DNA of 64,000 bases, taken from assembly GCA_003225555.1 (NCBI GenBank), contig QIAM01000015.1, positions 34,924-98,923 on the forward strand, given 5' to 3'. Positions within the stretch are counted from its first letter, which is position 1, and each line of letters starts with the position of its first letter. This DNA is from Acidobacteriota bacterium. Lineage in GTDB: Bacteria > Acidobacteriota > Terriglobia > Terriglobales > Acidobacteriaceae. Positions 34,008 through 43,006 of this stretch are shown piece after piece. The notes under the pieces are model-generated. The model was not told the DNA's origin. It searched no databases and worked only from the letters and a program-made list of their open reading frames with translations. The translations under genes were made by a program, and so were the position numbers.

Positions 34008-34035
34008 TATATATGCTCAGATGATCCTTTGTCAA
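34008..34035 (-). promoter_or_regulatory. sigma70-like promoter for the VapC-partner/vapC pair
   Basis: Minus strand: TTGACA (34035-34030), 16-nt spacer, TATATA (34013-34008). The -10 ends 3 nt before ATG 34004, which favours the GTG 33953 start or a leaderless mRNA. Confidence 0.4.
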
Positions 34036-34048
34036 GGGAATTCGGCTC

Positions 34049-35515
34049 TCATGACGTGACCACCCACTCTCTAACTCGACGTACCACTGACGCCGGCGCC
34101 TCCACTTCCAGCTCGACTGCACCGTCCCTATACTTCCGCGAATAAATTCGCGCCTTCGCTTCGAGCATGGCCAGCATTTTTCCTTCTTTCTGCGGAATAC
34201 GCAGATGCGCGCGGCTGACCCGGTCTTCGTCGATCATAGCGTCGATGCGATCAAGAAGTCGGTCCAACCCTGTGCCTTCCACCGCCGAAACATAAACCGT
34301 CTTCGCATCGTCTCGTAAACCCTCAGCCACCTCCACATCGAGCAGGTCGACTTTATTCATCACCCGCAAGCGCGGCTTCTTCTCCACTTCCAGTTCTTTC
34401 AGCACGATCTCCACTTGCGCGTCCTGCTCCGCCGAAAGCCGGCTGCTCGCATCGGACACATGCAGAATCAGCGACGCCCGCTGCACTTCCTCGAGCGTGG
34501 CGCGAAACGCCGACACCAGCGTATGCGGCAGGCTGCGAATGAATCCCACCGTATCTGAGAGGAGCACTCTACGCTTCGAAGGCAGCGTCACGCCGCGAAT
34601 CGTCGGATCGAGCGTGGCAAACATCTTCGGCGAAGCCAGCACATCGGCCTTCGTCAGCGCATTGAAGAGCGTCGACTTGCCGGCATTGGTGTATCCCACC
34701 AGTGCAATTGTCGCCACCGGCGCCGACTCGCGCCGCTGCCGCTGCTGCGCCCGGATGCGCCGCACATTCTCCAGTTGCTGCTCCACGTGCCGGATCCGCC
34801 GGTAAATCTTTCGCCGGTCGGTCTCCAGCTGGGTTTCACCGGGACCGCGCGTGCCGATTCCGCCGCCGAGTTGGGACATCTCAATCCCGCGTCCGGCCAG
34901 CCGCGGCAGCATGTACTGTAACTGCGCCAGTTCGACCTGCAACTGGCCTTCCCGCGTTCGGGCATGCCGCGCAAAAATGTCGAGGATGAGCTGCGTGCGG
35001 TCGATCACCCGCCGGTGGACAATCTTTTGGATATTGCGTTGCTGCGATGGACTGAGATCGTGATCGAACAGAAGAAGGTCGGCATTCACCAAAGCGGCAG
35101 CGCCCGCAATCTCTTCCAGCTTGCCCTTGCCAATCAGAGTTGCCGGATCCGGCCGGTCGCGGCGCTGCAAGAGCTCTCCGACAACGCTTGCTCCAGCGCT
35201 CCCCGCCAGAGTGCGCAGTTCCACCAGAGACTCGTCGGCATCGAACTCAGGAATTGTAGGCTTGTTTCCGTTCGACTTTGTCGCGGCAGGAAAGCCGGGC
35301 TTCCCCGCGCCGGTCGGCGCCGAAGCCGCATCTCGCGCCGCCTGCGCCTGGGCGGTAACCGAGCCCTTCGCCCGCCGCGAACGAACGTCCAGTCCGACCA
35401 GAAACGCACGCTCCTGCCTCGGCTGGTCTTGGTCTTGAGCTACTGGCGTCTCAAAGAGCACACGTCCGCTGGCACGCGCACGGCCGCGGGATTTCTTGGA
35501 ATCAGAACTGCGCAA
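34049..35515 (-). CDS. hflX: GTPase HflX
   Basis: [12 protein letters not shown] (G1), DTVGF (G3), NKVD (G4), and HflX N-terminal domain IGKGKLEEI. Confidence 0.9.
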   Translation of the reverse strand: MRSSDSKKSRGRARASGRVLFETPVAQDQDQPRQERAFLVGLDVRSRRAKGSVTAQAQAARDAASAPTGAGKPGFPAATKSNGNKPTIPEFDADESLVELRTLAGSAGASVVGELLQRRDRPDPATLIGKGKLEEIAGAAALVNADLLLFDHDLSPSQQRNIQKIVHRRVIDRTQLILDIFARHARTREGQLQVELAQLQYMLPRLAGRGIEMSQLGGGIGTRGPGETQLETDRRKIYRRIRHVEQQLENVRRIRAQQRQRRESAPVATIALVGYTNAGKSTLFNALTKADVLASPKMFATLDPTIRGVTLPSKRRVLLSDTVGFIRSLPHTLVSAFRATLEEVQRASLILHVSDASSRLSAEQDAQVEIVLKELEVEKKPRLRVMNKVDLLDVEVAEGLRDDAKTVYVSAVEGTGLDRLLDRIDAMIDEDRVSRAHLRIPQKEGKMLAMLEAKARIYSRKYRDGAVELEVEAPASVVRRVREWVVTS

Positions 35516-35527
35516 TCAGAAAACGCC

Positions 35528-35842
35528 TTATCCTTCGGTGCCCGAAGCACTCGCTGCCACGACAGGCGCTGGCGCGGCGCCGACTGCCGCCTTCGTCTCC
35601 GAATGCGTCAGGTGCGCCCCATGCGTCACCGGCCGGCCCATCACGATGGTCGAGATGGCATGCTTAAAGATGAGTTGCTCCTGCCCGTTCGCCTCGAGCA
35701 CGACCGAATACTTGTCGAAGGAGCGGATACGGCCCGTCAACTTCACGCCGCTAAGAAGATAAATCGTGATGCTCATCCTCTCCTTGCGGGCCGTGTTGAG
35801 GAAGGAATCCTGAATGTTCTGCGCCGGCTTGTTGCTTTCCAT
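35528..35842 (-). CDS. hfq: RNA chaperone Hfq
   Basis: [42 protein letters not shown]...[18 protein letters not shown] upstream of ATG 35842. Confidence 0.92.
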   Translation of the reverse strand: MESNKPAQNIQDSFLNTARKERMSITIYLLSGVKLTGRIRSFDKYSVVLEANGQEQLIFKHAISTIVMGRPVTHGAHLTHSETKAAVGAAPAPVVAASASGTEG

Positions 35843-36266
35843 AGCCGATCTCCTTGGCTCTGTAAACTGCGAACACGAACGCCGCCCTCGGGCTCGCGCC
35901 TGGAGCAGCCACAACAACAGCAGGTTCCCGCGGACCTTCCTGCCGCCGAGGAACTAGGGGGGACTAATTACTACCCGCCGCGTCTTCTCTTTCGAGTCGA
36001 CTCGGCGCCTATCAGCTGTTTGTACGATACGGCGTCCCTGCCCGCTTTTCAACAGACGTTTTTGCTGGGCGCAGAGGAATTTTCTTGTCGGACCACGCGG
36101 CAGCGAGCTCGCCTTGACACAACCGGTTCAAAATGCAACCATTCCCCCGCCCTAGGAAAACCCAGCGGACCCAAGACTCAGAGTAGTGCACGCTCCGGTG
36201 CTCTGGGGATATGACTATCCTGACCATTCCATGTTTTGACATCCAACGCTTGGCGGAGGAACTTTG

Positions 36267-37010
36267 ATGCACAATCTAACTGCCTTTGCAGCCTCATGCT
36301 TTGCCGGACTCTGGGTCGCACCCACCCACACCGGAGCTGAAGCCACCCAACTCATTTTGCGCTGGTTCCATTTCATCGCAGGCATCACCTGGATCGGACT
36401 ACTGTATTTCTTCAACCTGATCAACGTCCCCTTCATGAAGCAGGTGGACGCCGCCGCCAAGCCCAAAATCTTCCAATATCTGACTCTGCCCGCTCTGAAC
36501 TGGTTCCGCTGGAGCGCCCTCGTCACCGTCTTCGTCGGCTTCTGGTACTGGGCGCAGTTCTACGTAGGCCCCGACGCCCGCCGCGAAGGCACCAGCGCCT
36601 TGGGCACAATAGGACTGTTCTGGCTGCTCTGGGTCGCAGTCTGGGCGATCCTGTCCTTCGTAATCAAGAAGGCGCCCAGCGGATACGTTCTGGGGGCGAT
36701 CACAGCGATCCTCGTCATCGCCGCCGGCTGGCTGTTTGTGAACTACACTCCGGTAGGACGCGACGACAACCACGTGCTCTCCATCGGCGTCGGCGGAGGC
36801 ATGGGTGTCGTGATGCTTTTCAACGTCTGGGGCATCATCTGGCCGAATCAGAAAAAGATCATCAACGGCACGCTCGCCGGAACTCCCCCGGCAAACGCGG
36901 CCGTGCTGGCGCGCCAGGCATTTCTAGCCTCCCGCACGAATTTCTTTCTGTCCGTGCCGCTGCTGTTCTTCATGGCCACGAGCTATCACTATGTGATCTT
37001 CGGAAGGTAG
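36267..37010 (+). CDS. membrane protein resembling the N-terminal domain of urate hydroxylase PuuD (no cytochrome c domain)
   Basis: LRWFHFIAGITWIGLLYFFN matches my memory of the Urate_ox_N signature. Six hydrophobic helices. GGAGGA SD lies 6 nt before ATG 36267. Confidence 0.55.
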   Translation: MHNLTAFAASCFAGLWVAPTHTGAEATQLILRWFHFIAGITWIGLLYFFNLINVPFMKQVDAAAKPKIFQYLTLPALNWFRWSALVTVFVGFWYWAQFYVGPDARREGTSALGTIGLFWLLWVAVWAILSFVIKKAPSGYVLGAITAILVIAAGWLFVNYTPVGRDDNHVLSIGVGGGMGVVMLFNVWGIIWPNQKKIINGTLAGTPPANAAVLARQAFLASRTNFFLSVPLLFFMATSYHYVIFGR

Positions 37011-37085
37011 CGCTCGGCAAACCGCAAGAAAAAGGAGGCCGGTAAAGGCCTCCTTCTTCCACAAGCATCTAACTCTCGAATTACC

Positions 37086-40000
37086 TTAGAACGTGAACTT
37101 CAAACCAAGCGTCAGGTTACGTGCATTGCTTCCCCATGTCGCCTTGGCATCGTTGAAGTTCGACTTGCTGGGTTCCAGATAGTTTCTCTGGAGTGCCCCC
37201 GTAACGCCTAAGGAAAGCACATCGTTCACACTTCCCGTAACATACTGCGGGTGATTAAATGCATTGCGTGCCGCCATAACGATCTCGAGTCTGTAGCGCT
37301 CGGTCATGGCGAGTTTCTTGGCTACCGCAATGTCCCAGTTGTTGATCGGCTTAGTCAAGAGCGTGCTGCGACCGCCGTTCGCAAGTGCACCCACACCAGT
37401 CTTAATGTACTGGGCAGTGGGATTGGTGGCGAGATACGCGACCACGAAACCGGAACCCAGCGAACCACACGGATTCACGAACTGACACAATGCGGTAACG
37501 TCACTTCCGGTTCCTTTCACACCACTGGGATTGACGATTGCTCGGTCACCCGCACCATCGGTATTCAGGTTTGAATCGGTTCCGCTTTGCACGGTACCCC
37601 ATTGGCCGGATTCCCATGTGAAAATCGGCGCGATTTCATAATTCCCCAGGAGGTTGCGTGCCAGCCAGCTGGAGCTGTGCTTATACCACGGAACCTCGTA
37701 AATAGCGGAAATCGTGATTCGCTGCCGATGGTCAAGAACCGAGTTGCTCCTCTCGGCGGGCAGGTTTCGAAAGTCCTGCGGACGGCGGGGAGCGATGATG
37801 GTGGAGAAAAAATCAGCCGTACTATTGTCGATGCTATGACTGAACGTGTAAGCGGCCTGAAGCTGTAGACCGTTGGTAAAGCGCCGGTTCAGTTGCGTCT
37901 GCAGACCATGATAAGTCGATGCACCCCAGGGCATAAAACCGACAATCTCGGAGAAGAAGCCGCAGTTTTGCGTTGGATCTGCTGAACAGGTTGCGTTGAG
38001 ATAACGGGGGTCGAAAAAGCCTCCTGCATCAAACTGATCAAGTAAGCCGCCAGGACCATCCAGGGTCGTTGGCAGTGCGTCCAGCGCAGCCTGGCCCGGA
38101 CTCTGCAAATACGTTGGCAAGAAATTAGTCGGTGTCACAACGTCGATTACATTGAGGCGATTTTGCACGTTCAGGTCTTCGCCCCGCGTACCTACATAAC
38201 GCACCTCAGCGGTGTAGTTAGACTTGAACACGTGTTGCACGCCCAAGTTCCATGACAACGCCAGTGGATACCTCACCTGATTGGGCAGAAAACTGGACGT
38301 ATTGGCTCGGGCAGTTGCCTGGTCGAGCACCTGAATACCGCTCGTGCTTTGAAGCGGAATTCCACCGTTGGCCAAGAACGGCTCACTACACGTGGTCGGG
38401 CAGTCCACCGTATTACCAATCTGCGGCGGCCGCGACAGCACACCAATGTTGTCATAAAGAACGTCATACCCCATCCCGAAGCCGCCACGGATGGAGGTAG
38501 TGCCACTCGATCCCGGCGAATAGGCGAATCCAACCCGAGGCATAAAGTCTTTCTTCGGCGCCTGCGGCGAACCAAAAGTGATCAGCCCGGGAACATCAGA
38601 GATGCTGTTCAACTTCTGCTGCGTCCAGCCGAAGGGTGTGCTTGTGTATTCGTACCGCACTCCAAGGTTCAAGCTGAGGTTTGGTCGAACTTTCCAAATA
38701 TCATTGATATACCCGAAGAGTCCATACTGGTCTCCGGAATAACCGACGGTACCGAAGCTGCGCTCGTTCACTGAGCCGTCTGGCAACCGATCAAACGCGA
38801 AACCGTCCAGTTGGGTCCACTCATAATCACCGCGAGACCGCTGGATGAACTTCTGAGGGGAAATGTATTTCCGATATTCCCCACCAAATTTCAGGGTGTG
38901 AGTTCCCTTGATCCATGTAACGTTGTCTACGCCCTGGTACAGGTTCTGCTGGGAATACTGTGGCGCATTAGGGTCGGGTCCGATATCGAGCCCCAACTCG
39001 TCGAGAGTAATGTTCGGGAATGCATCCAGCGTGGGGAGGAAGCTCAGTTTGGGAACGACATAGTTATAGCCGTGGCGGTTGTAGCCTATGCGCAATTCGT
39101 TGGTCACCGACGGCGAGAAGGTGTGATACTCGCTGAGAGTGAAAAGATCGTAAGGCAGAGCCAGCGTAGTGTAGAAGACAGGGAGCGTCACTCCTGTCAA
39201 TCCAATGTCGGGTTGGGTAAATTTGTCCCAGATGAAGCGTCCCCGGATCTGGTCCTTATCGCTGATGTTGTAGTCGATACCCGCGGTGAGGGACTTTAAG
39301 TTCACATAGTTCGGAGCATTCAGGGACAAGTTACCTACTTCTACCTGGGTTCCGCTAGCCGGATCTGGACAGGGGCCTGAACTCGTCCCCACGCAGACCT
39401 GACCGCTCGCTGAATTCGCTTGCGCGTACTGCTGCAGGGCTTGAACATTGGCGGTCGAAATGCCCGGAATACTCAACAAGCTGGCGTAACCGGCGGCGGT
39501 TGGAGCCAGCAACGTGCCCCCGGGTAGAGCAACCTGTCCAACCGGGTTGTATTCGAAGTTGCCAAAGAAAAACAGCTTGTTCTTGATGATCGGCCCGCCC
39601 AACTGCCCGCCAAACCGGTTGTTATCGTACCGCGGATTTTTGGGAGTTTCGCCGGGATTGGTATTATTGACTACTGCGTTGTCGATCGCGTTCAAGTTGC
39701 GATTTTGGAAGTACTCATATGCCCGACCGTGGAAGGCGTTCGTGCCGTTGACTACGACAATGTTGAACTGGCCGCCATTCGAGTGTCCGAACTCCGCATT
39801 GAACTGATTCTGCAACACCGAGAAGTTGGCAACCGCATCGTTCGGCACGTAAACCGAAGGGCCGGTGACACCCTTGTCGTTATTGTCCACTCCTTCGACC
39901 GTGAAATTATTATCGCGTGGACGCTGCCCTCCGACTGCCGGACCCGATCCAGCTCCCAAGCCGCCGCTGCTTCCCACGCCGGACTGTAAAAGCGCCAAGT

Positions 40001-40499
40001 TCAACACACCGCTGCCGAGCGCGCCACCGGAATTTGCGGTAGGCAGATCCTGTACCTGGATCTGTTCGTAGGTGGATTGAATCTGAGGAGTAGTCGTGTC
40101 AAGAATGGGTGCCTCACCAGACACTTCGACAGTCTCAGAGGCCGCCCCAGGCACCAAGGTGAAACGAGCTGTGCCCGTCGTATTCAACTGCACCTCGACT
40201 GTCTGAGTTACCGTGCGGAAATTTGGAGCTTTCACGGTTATCCTGTAAGTCCCAATCGGCAGGTTGTCAAAGCGATATTCGCCAATGTTGCTAGTGTGGG
40301 CAGTCGTCGTAACATTCGTGCCTGCATTGGTCGCGGTCACTTCGGCATTGGCAACCGCGGCGCCCGTTGAGTCCAGGACCGTTCCCACCAAATTACCGCT
40401 GATGGCTTGGCCAAACGCCGCCGTCACGTTCAATCCGAACCAACCAAGGAGCACAACTACGAGGACCAGAAGCCTGAGATTTCGCACGCTATGTTTCAT
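37086..40499 (-). CDS. TonB-dependent outer-membrane receptor with carboxypeptidase-regulatory-like domain (1137 aa)
   Basis: Signal peptide from ATG 40499 (GAGGAG SD). ISGNLVGTVLDSTGAAVANAEVTATN...YRFDNLPIGTYRI. Barrel ends ...LGLKFTF. Confidence 0.85.
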   Translation of the reverse strand: MKHSVRNLRLLVLVVVLLGWFGLNVTAAFGQAISGNLVGTVLDSTGAAVANAEVTATNAGTNVTTTAHTSNIGEYRFDNLPIGTYRITVKAPNFRTVTQTVEVQLNTTGTARFTLVPGAASETVEVSGEAPILDTTTPQIQSTYEQIQVQDLPTANSGGALGSGVLNLALLQSGVGSSGGLGAGSGPAVGGQRPRDNNFTVEGVDNNDKGVTGPSVYVPNDAVANFSVLQNQFNAEFGHSNGGQFNIVVVNGTNAFHGRAYEYFQNRNLNAIDNAVVNNTNPGETPKNPRYDNNRFGGQLGGPIIKNKLFFFGNFEYNPVGQVALPGGTLLAPTAAGYASLLSIPGISTANVQALQQYAQANSASGQVCVGTSSGPCPDPASGTQVEVGNLSLNAPNYVNLKSLTAGIDYNISDKDQIRGRFIWDKFTQPDIGLTGVTLPVFYTTLALPYDLFTLSEYHTFSPSVTNELRIGYNRHGYNYVVPKLSFLPTLDAFPNITLDELGLDIGPDPNAPQYSQQNLYQGVDNVTWIKGTHTLKFGGEYRKYISPQKFIQRSRGDYEWTQLDGFAFDRLPDGSVNERSFGTVGYSGDQYGLFGYINDIWKVRPNLSLNLGVRYEYTSTPFGWTQQKLNSISDVPGLITFGSPQAPKKDFMPRVGFAYSPGSSGTTSIRGGFGMGYDVLYDNIGVLSRPPQIGNTVDCPTTCSEPFLANGGIPLQSTSGIQVLDQATARANTSSFLPNQVRYPLALSWNLGVQHVFKSNYTAEVRYVGTRGEDLNVQNRLNVIDVVTPTNFLPTYLQSPGQAALDALPTTLDGPGGLLDQFDAGGFFDPRYLNATCSADPTQNCGFFSEIVGFMPWGASTYHGLQTQLNRRFTNGLQLQAAYTFSHSIDNSTADFFSTIIAPRRPQDFRNLPAERSNSVLDHRQRITISAIYEVPWYKHSSSWLARNLLGNYEIAPIFTWESGQWGTVQSGTDSNLNTDGAGDRAIVNPSGVKGTGSDVTALCQFVNPCGSLGSGFVVAYLATNPTAQYIKTGVGALANGGRSTLLTKPINNWDIAVAKKLAMTERYRLEIVMAARNAFNHPQYVTGSVNDVLSLGVTGALQRNYLEPSKSNFNDAKATWGSNARNLTLGLKFTF

Positions 40500-40873
40500 A
40501 TTCTGATTTCTCCTCAACCCTGTGAACAACTTTGGGACGCCCTATTGAGCCTGGGAGGCGTCTGTAAACGAGTGCGGGTGGACCCGGTCCGCAACGGAAG
40601 GGGCACACTCCCTTCACGCCGACGGACACGCCAAACCAGACACTCCTAGCAAACAGCAATCCAAAACTCATCCCTGGCAAACACTTTGTTATGTATTACT
40701 TACTGTCCGGTGGTGTCGGATGAATCTGGAAATACATACGAACCGCCATCTAGAAATATGGGATTTGGTATATCTCGCGCGCGCCGAGCCAGCCGACGGG
40801 CTCCTTCAGAAGCGTTCCTTGGCGGGGATAAACTGCAAGAAGATGGCCTGGGGCAGCTTGGGTTCTCAGGACG

Positions 40874-42016
40874 TCAGGGGCGACGTTTGGTTGACACTCG
40901 CGTGGTCTGCTCCCCCGGGGCCAGGACTCTGCGCACAATCGGGGTGTTGAGCTTGTACTTGCGGTCGCTGACGCTCCCGGAGTCGTCTTTCACTCGCAGC
41001 ACGAAAACCGGCAACGTACCTTCCTTGTCGAAATCCTCTCTTGCGACTTTCACCGGCAGAACGCCATTCAGCCCATGCTCGCGGTAGGCAGTCTCGTAGC
41101 GATGGCGCTTTACGTTCCATGTAAAAACCCGAACCTGGTCGTAGTCGTAGGGCAGGCCGTCACGCGGTTCGGTCAGGATGCAGAGATACTGGGGGACGCT
41201 CATCTTCCCAGTGCTGGCGCCGAAGGAGTTTGCCTCCGTCCCAGCCGCCTTCTCCCTCTTATCTTTTTCTTTTTTTGCTTGCTTATCCTTTGCCTGGACG
41301 CCCGCGTCCTCCACCTCGTTCAGAACGAAGAAGGCGACGAAGCGCTGGCCTTCGGCGTATTGCGCAATGTCGAGGGGCACGTCCACGTCGACCATGCGCG
41401 ACAGCACCCAGCCGGCGCGTCCTTGCGACTCGCGCACCAACCACCAATCTTCGAGAACTGGACCGGCGGGGTTGGCCTTCGATTTTCCCGGCTTTGCGAC
41501 GGGCGCCGGTGCGGCCGGCAATTCCTTCTCCGCAGTCGCACGCGTCAATAGCGACACCTTTGCGCCCGCTGCCAATTGATACAAGTGTTCGCTCTCGCGG
41601 CCGGGCGTGATGTGCAGGTTGGTATCGTTGCGCAGCACACCAGGGGCCTGGATGGGATCGTCCTTATGGTCTTGTGTGAGTTTCTGCAGGCCGTCGTATG
41701 TCTTCTGATCTACCAGGTAACGCTGTTCGATCCAGCCCTCGAGCCCCTTCGCAGTACGCACCAAGGCAAAACGTCTATCGCGATCGACGACCTCCACCCG
41801 CTCACCGTTCTTGACGATCCCTACTCGGTTGTAAACGGCAGCGACCTGGTCGCGGAGCGAAGCCTGGACCGCGGAGACGTAGGCCACTTCCAGCACACGA
41901 TGCCCGCGGCGGTTGCAGGCCGCAAGCGACAGAACGCCGGCCAGCGCTACCGCCAATGCGCTGTAGAACAGATGGGAGCGATACAGTCTCACGATGGTCG
42001 CGTGATGAACTTCCAC
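40874..42016 (-). CDS. lipoprotein with two SH3b-like domains
   Basis: Lipobox LSLAAC. SH3b-like segments (GIVKNGERVEVVDRDRRFALVRTAKGLEGWIEQRYL and WWLVRESQGRAGWVLSRMV). Confidence 0.6.
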   Translation of the reverse strand: MEVHHATIVRLYRSHLFYSALAVALAGVLSLAACNRRGHRVLEVAYVSAVQASLRDQVAAVYNRVGIVKNGERVEVVDRDRRFALVRTAKGLEGWIEQRYLVDQKTYDGLQKLTQDHKDDPIQAPGVLRNDTNLHITPGRESEHLYQLAAGAKVSLLTRATAEKELPAAPAPVAKPGKSKANPAGPVLEDWWLVRESQGRAGWVLSRMVDVDVPLDIAQYAEGQRFVAFFVLNEVEDAGVQAKDKQAKKEKDKREKAAGTEANSFGASTGKMSVPQYLCILTEPRDGLPYDYDQVRVFTWNVKRHRYETAYREHGLNGVLPVKVAREDFDKEGTLPVFVLRVKDDSGSVSDRKYKLNTPIVRRVLAPGEQTTRVSTKRRP

Positions 42017-42077
42017 TATAGCGCGTTGCGGCGGGAGTTTCGCGGCACGAAGGTTTACATCTGATGGACCCAGGAGA

Positions 42078-42182
42078 CAGTGGCCAGTGATCAGCGGCCA
42101 GTAATGGCCTCAACCGATTGGCATCATCGTCATGCCGGGAAATGGCCTCGACTGAGTACTGAGCACTGACCACTGGCCACTG
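42078..42182. repeat. long imperfect inverted repeat (hairpin element), ccagtg-motif class
   Basis: cagtggccagtgatcagcggccagtaatggc against ctgagtactgagcactgaccactggccactg. Lies in the divergent spacer between the SH3 lipoprotein and dsbA-like genes. Confidence 0.8.
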
Positions 42183-42225
42183 CTTTCCGCTTCGGTTACC
42201 ATGAAAGAAGAACTTTGCTGCGCTT

Positions 42226-42846
42226 TTGATCAGAATAATGATGAAAAAAACACTTTGGAAAAATCCCGTGCGGCCGCTGGCAATCTTTTTGCTTACCGCG
42301 TCGTTGAGTGCCTTGGCACAGGCGCCGGTCAATCCGGTGCTGCGTCCGCCTAAGGGTGCGCGAGTGGCCATCGTCGTCTTTGAGGACTTGCAATGTCCAG
42401 ATTGCCGTCGTGCAGCGCCGCTGGTGGAGGAGGCCTCGAAGACTTACAAGATTCCCGTAGTGCGGCACGACTTTCCGCTGCCATTTCATAGCTGGTCGTG
42501 GGACGCGGCCATCCTGGCGCGCTACTTTGATACTCACTCGAAGGCCCTGGGAAACGAATTCCGCGATTACATCTTTGCGAACCAGCTTGAGGTGACGCCG
42601 CAGAACCTGCGCGGTTACGCCGAAAAGTTCGCGGCCGAGCATAAGGTGGATTTGCCCTTCGTCGTCGATCCTGACGGCAAACTTGCCGCCCTGATCAACG
42701 CCGACAAGCAATTGGGCAAAGACATTAATATCCAACACACGCCCACCCTCTACGTGGTCAGCAACAAGCGCAAGGGCAAACCTTTTGTGGAAGTAGTGGA
42801 CCGCAGCCAGCTGTATGCGCTGATTGATACGATGCTGAAGGAATAG
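42226..42846 (+). CDS. secreted DsbA-family thiol:disulfide oxidoreductase
   Basis: Signal peptide and CPDC active site in VVFEDLQCPDCRRA. Confidence 0.75.
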   Translation: MIRIMMKKTLWKNPVRPLAIFLLTASLSALAQAPVNPVLRPPKGARVAIVVFEDLQCPDCRRAAPLVEEASKTYKIPVVRHDFPLPFHSWSWDAAILARYFDTHSKALGNEFRDYIFANQLEVTPQNLRGYAEKFAAEHKVDLPFVVDPDGKLAALINADKQLGKDINIQHTPTLYVVSNKRKGKPFVEVVDRSQLYALIDTMLKE

Positions 42847-42873
42847 CCGGGAAAGGTCTAAGGTCTAATGTGG

Positions 42874-42895
42874 GGACAGCCGCCCTCGGCTGTCC
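42874..42895. repeat. perfect 9-bp GC hairpin (REP-like), ggacagccg-ccct-cggctgtcc
   Basis: Lies 28 nt after the DsbA-like stop, between convergent genes. No U-tract. Preceded by the direct repeat aggtcta-aggtcta. Confidence 0.6.
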
Positions 42896-42976
42896 ACCGG
42901 GCGCAGCCCTGCAGCTCTAGGAATCTCAGGCTCTCAGCAAGAGCAAGTCCTAAAAGCAAACCCGCTGAAACAAACG

Positions 42977-43005
42977 GAAGCCCGAAAGCTGAAGCCCGAA
43001 GCCCC
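42977..43005. repeat. gaagcccgaa-motif low-complexity element (intergenic copy)
   Basis: gaagcccgaaagctgaagcccgaagcccc, ending 2 nt before the pheT stop codon. Confidence 0.6.
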
Positions 43006-43006
43006 C

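Noticed and set aside
32772-34048. The vapC islet as a mobile genetic element.
   Set aside because: I found no integrase, transposase, tRNA target or flanking direct repeats. Only the lower GC and the TA-like pair suggest mobility, so it is treated as an accessory islet and not annotated as a mobile element.
35230-35400. Low-complexity ~45-aa segment in the HflX N-terminal domain as another repeat-element insertion.
   Set aside because: The DNA does not resemble any of the repeat families seen elsewhere in the window. It is probably ordinary linker expansion.
40500-40873. Possible riboswitch (for example cobalamin) or other leader upstream of the TonB-dependent receptors. The region 14400-14603 was also examined.
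   Set aside because: I could not find a B12-box or any other recognisable conserved riboswitch core by eye. A covariance-model scan would be needed, so no claim is made.
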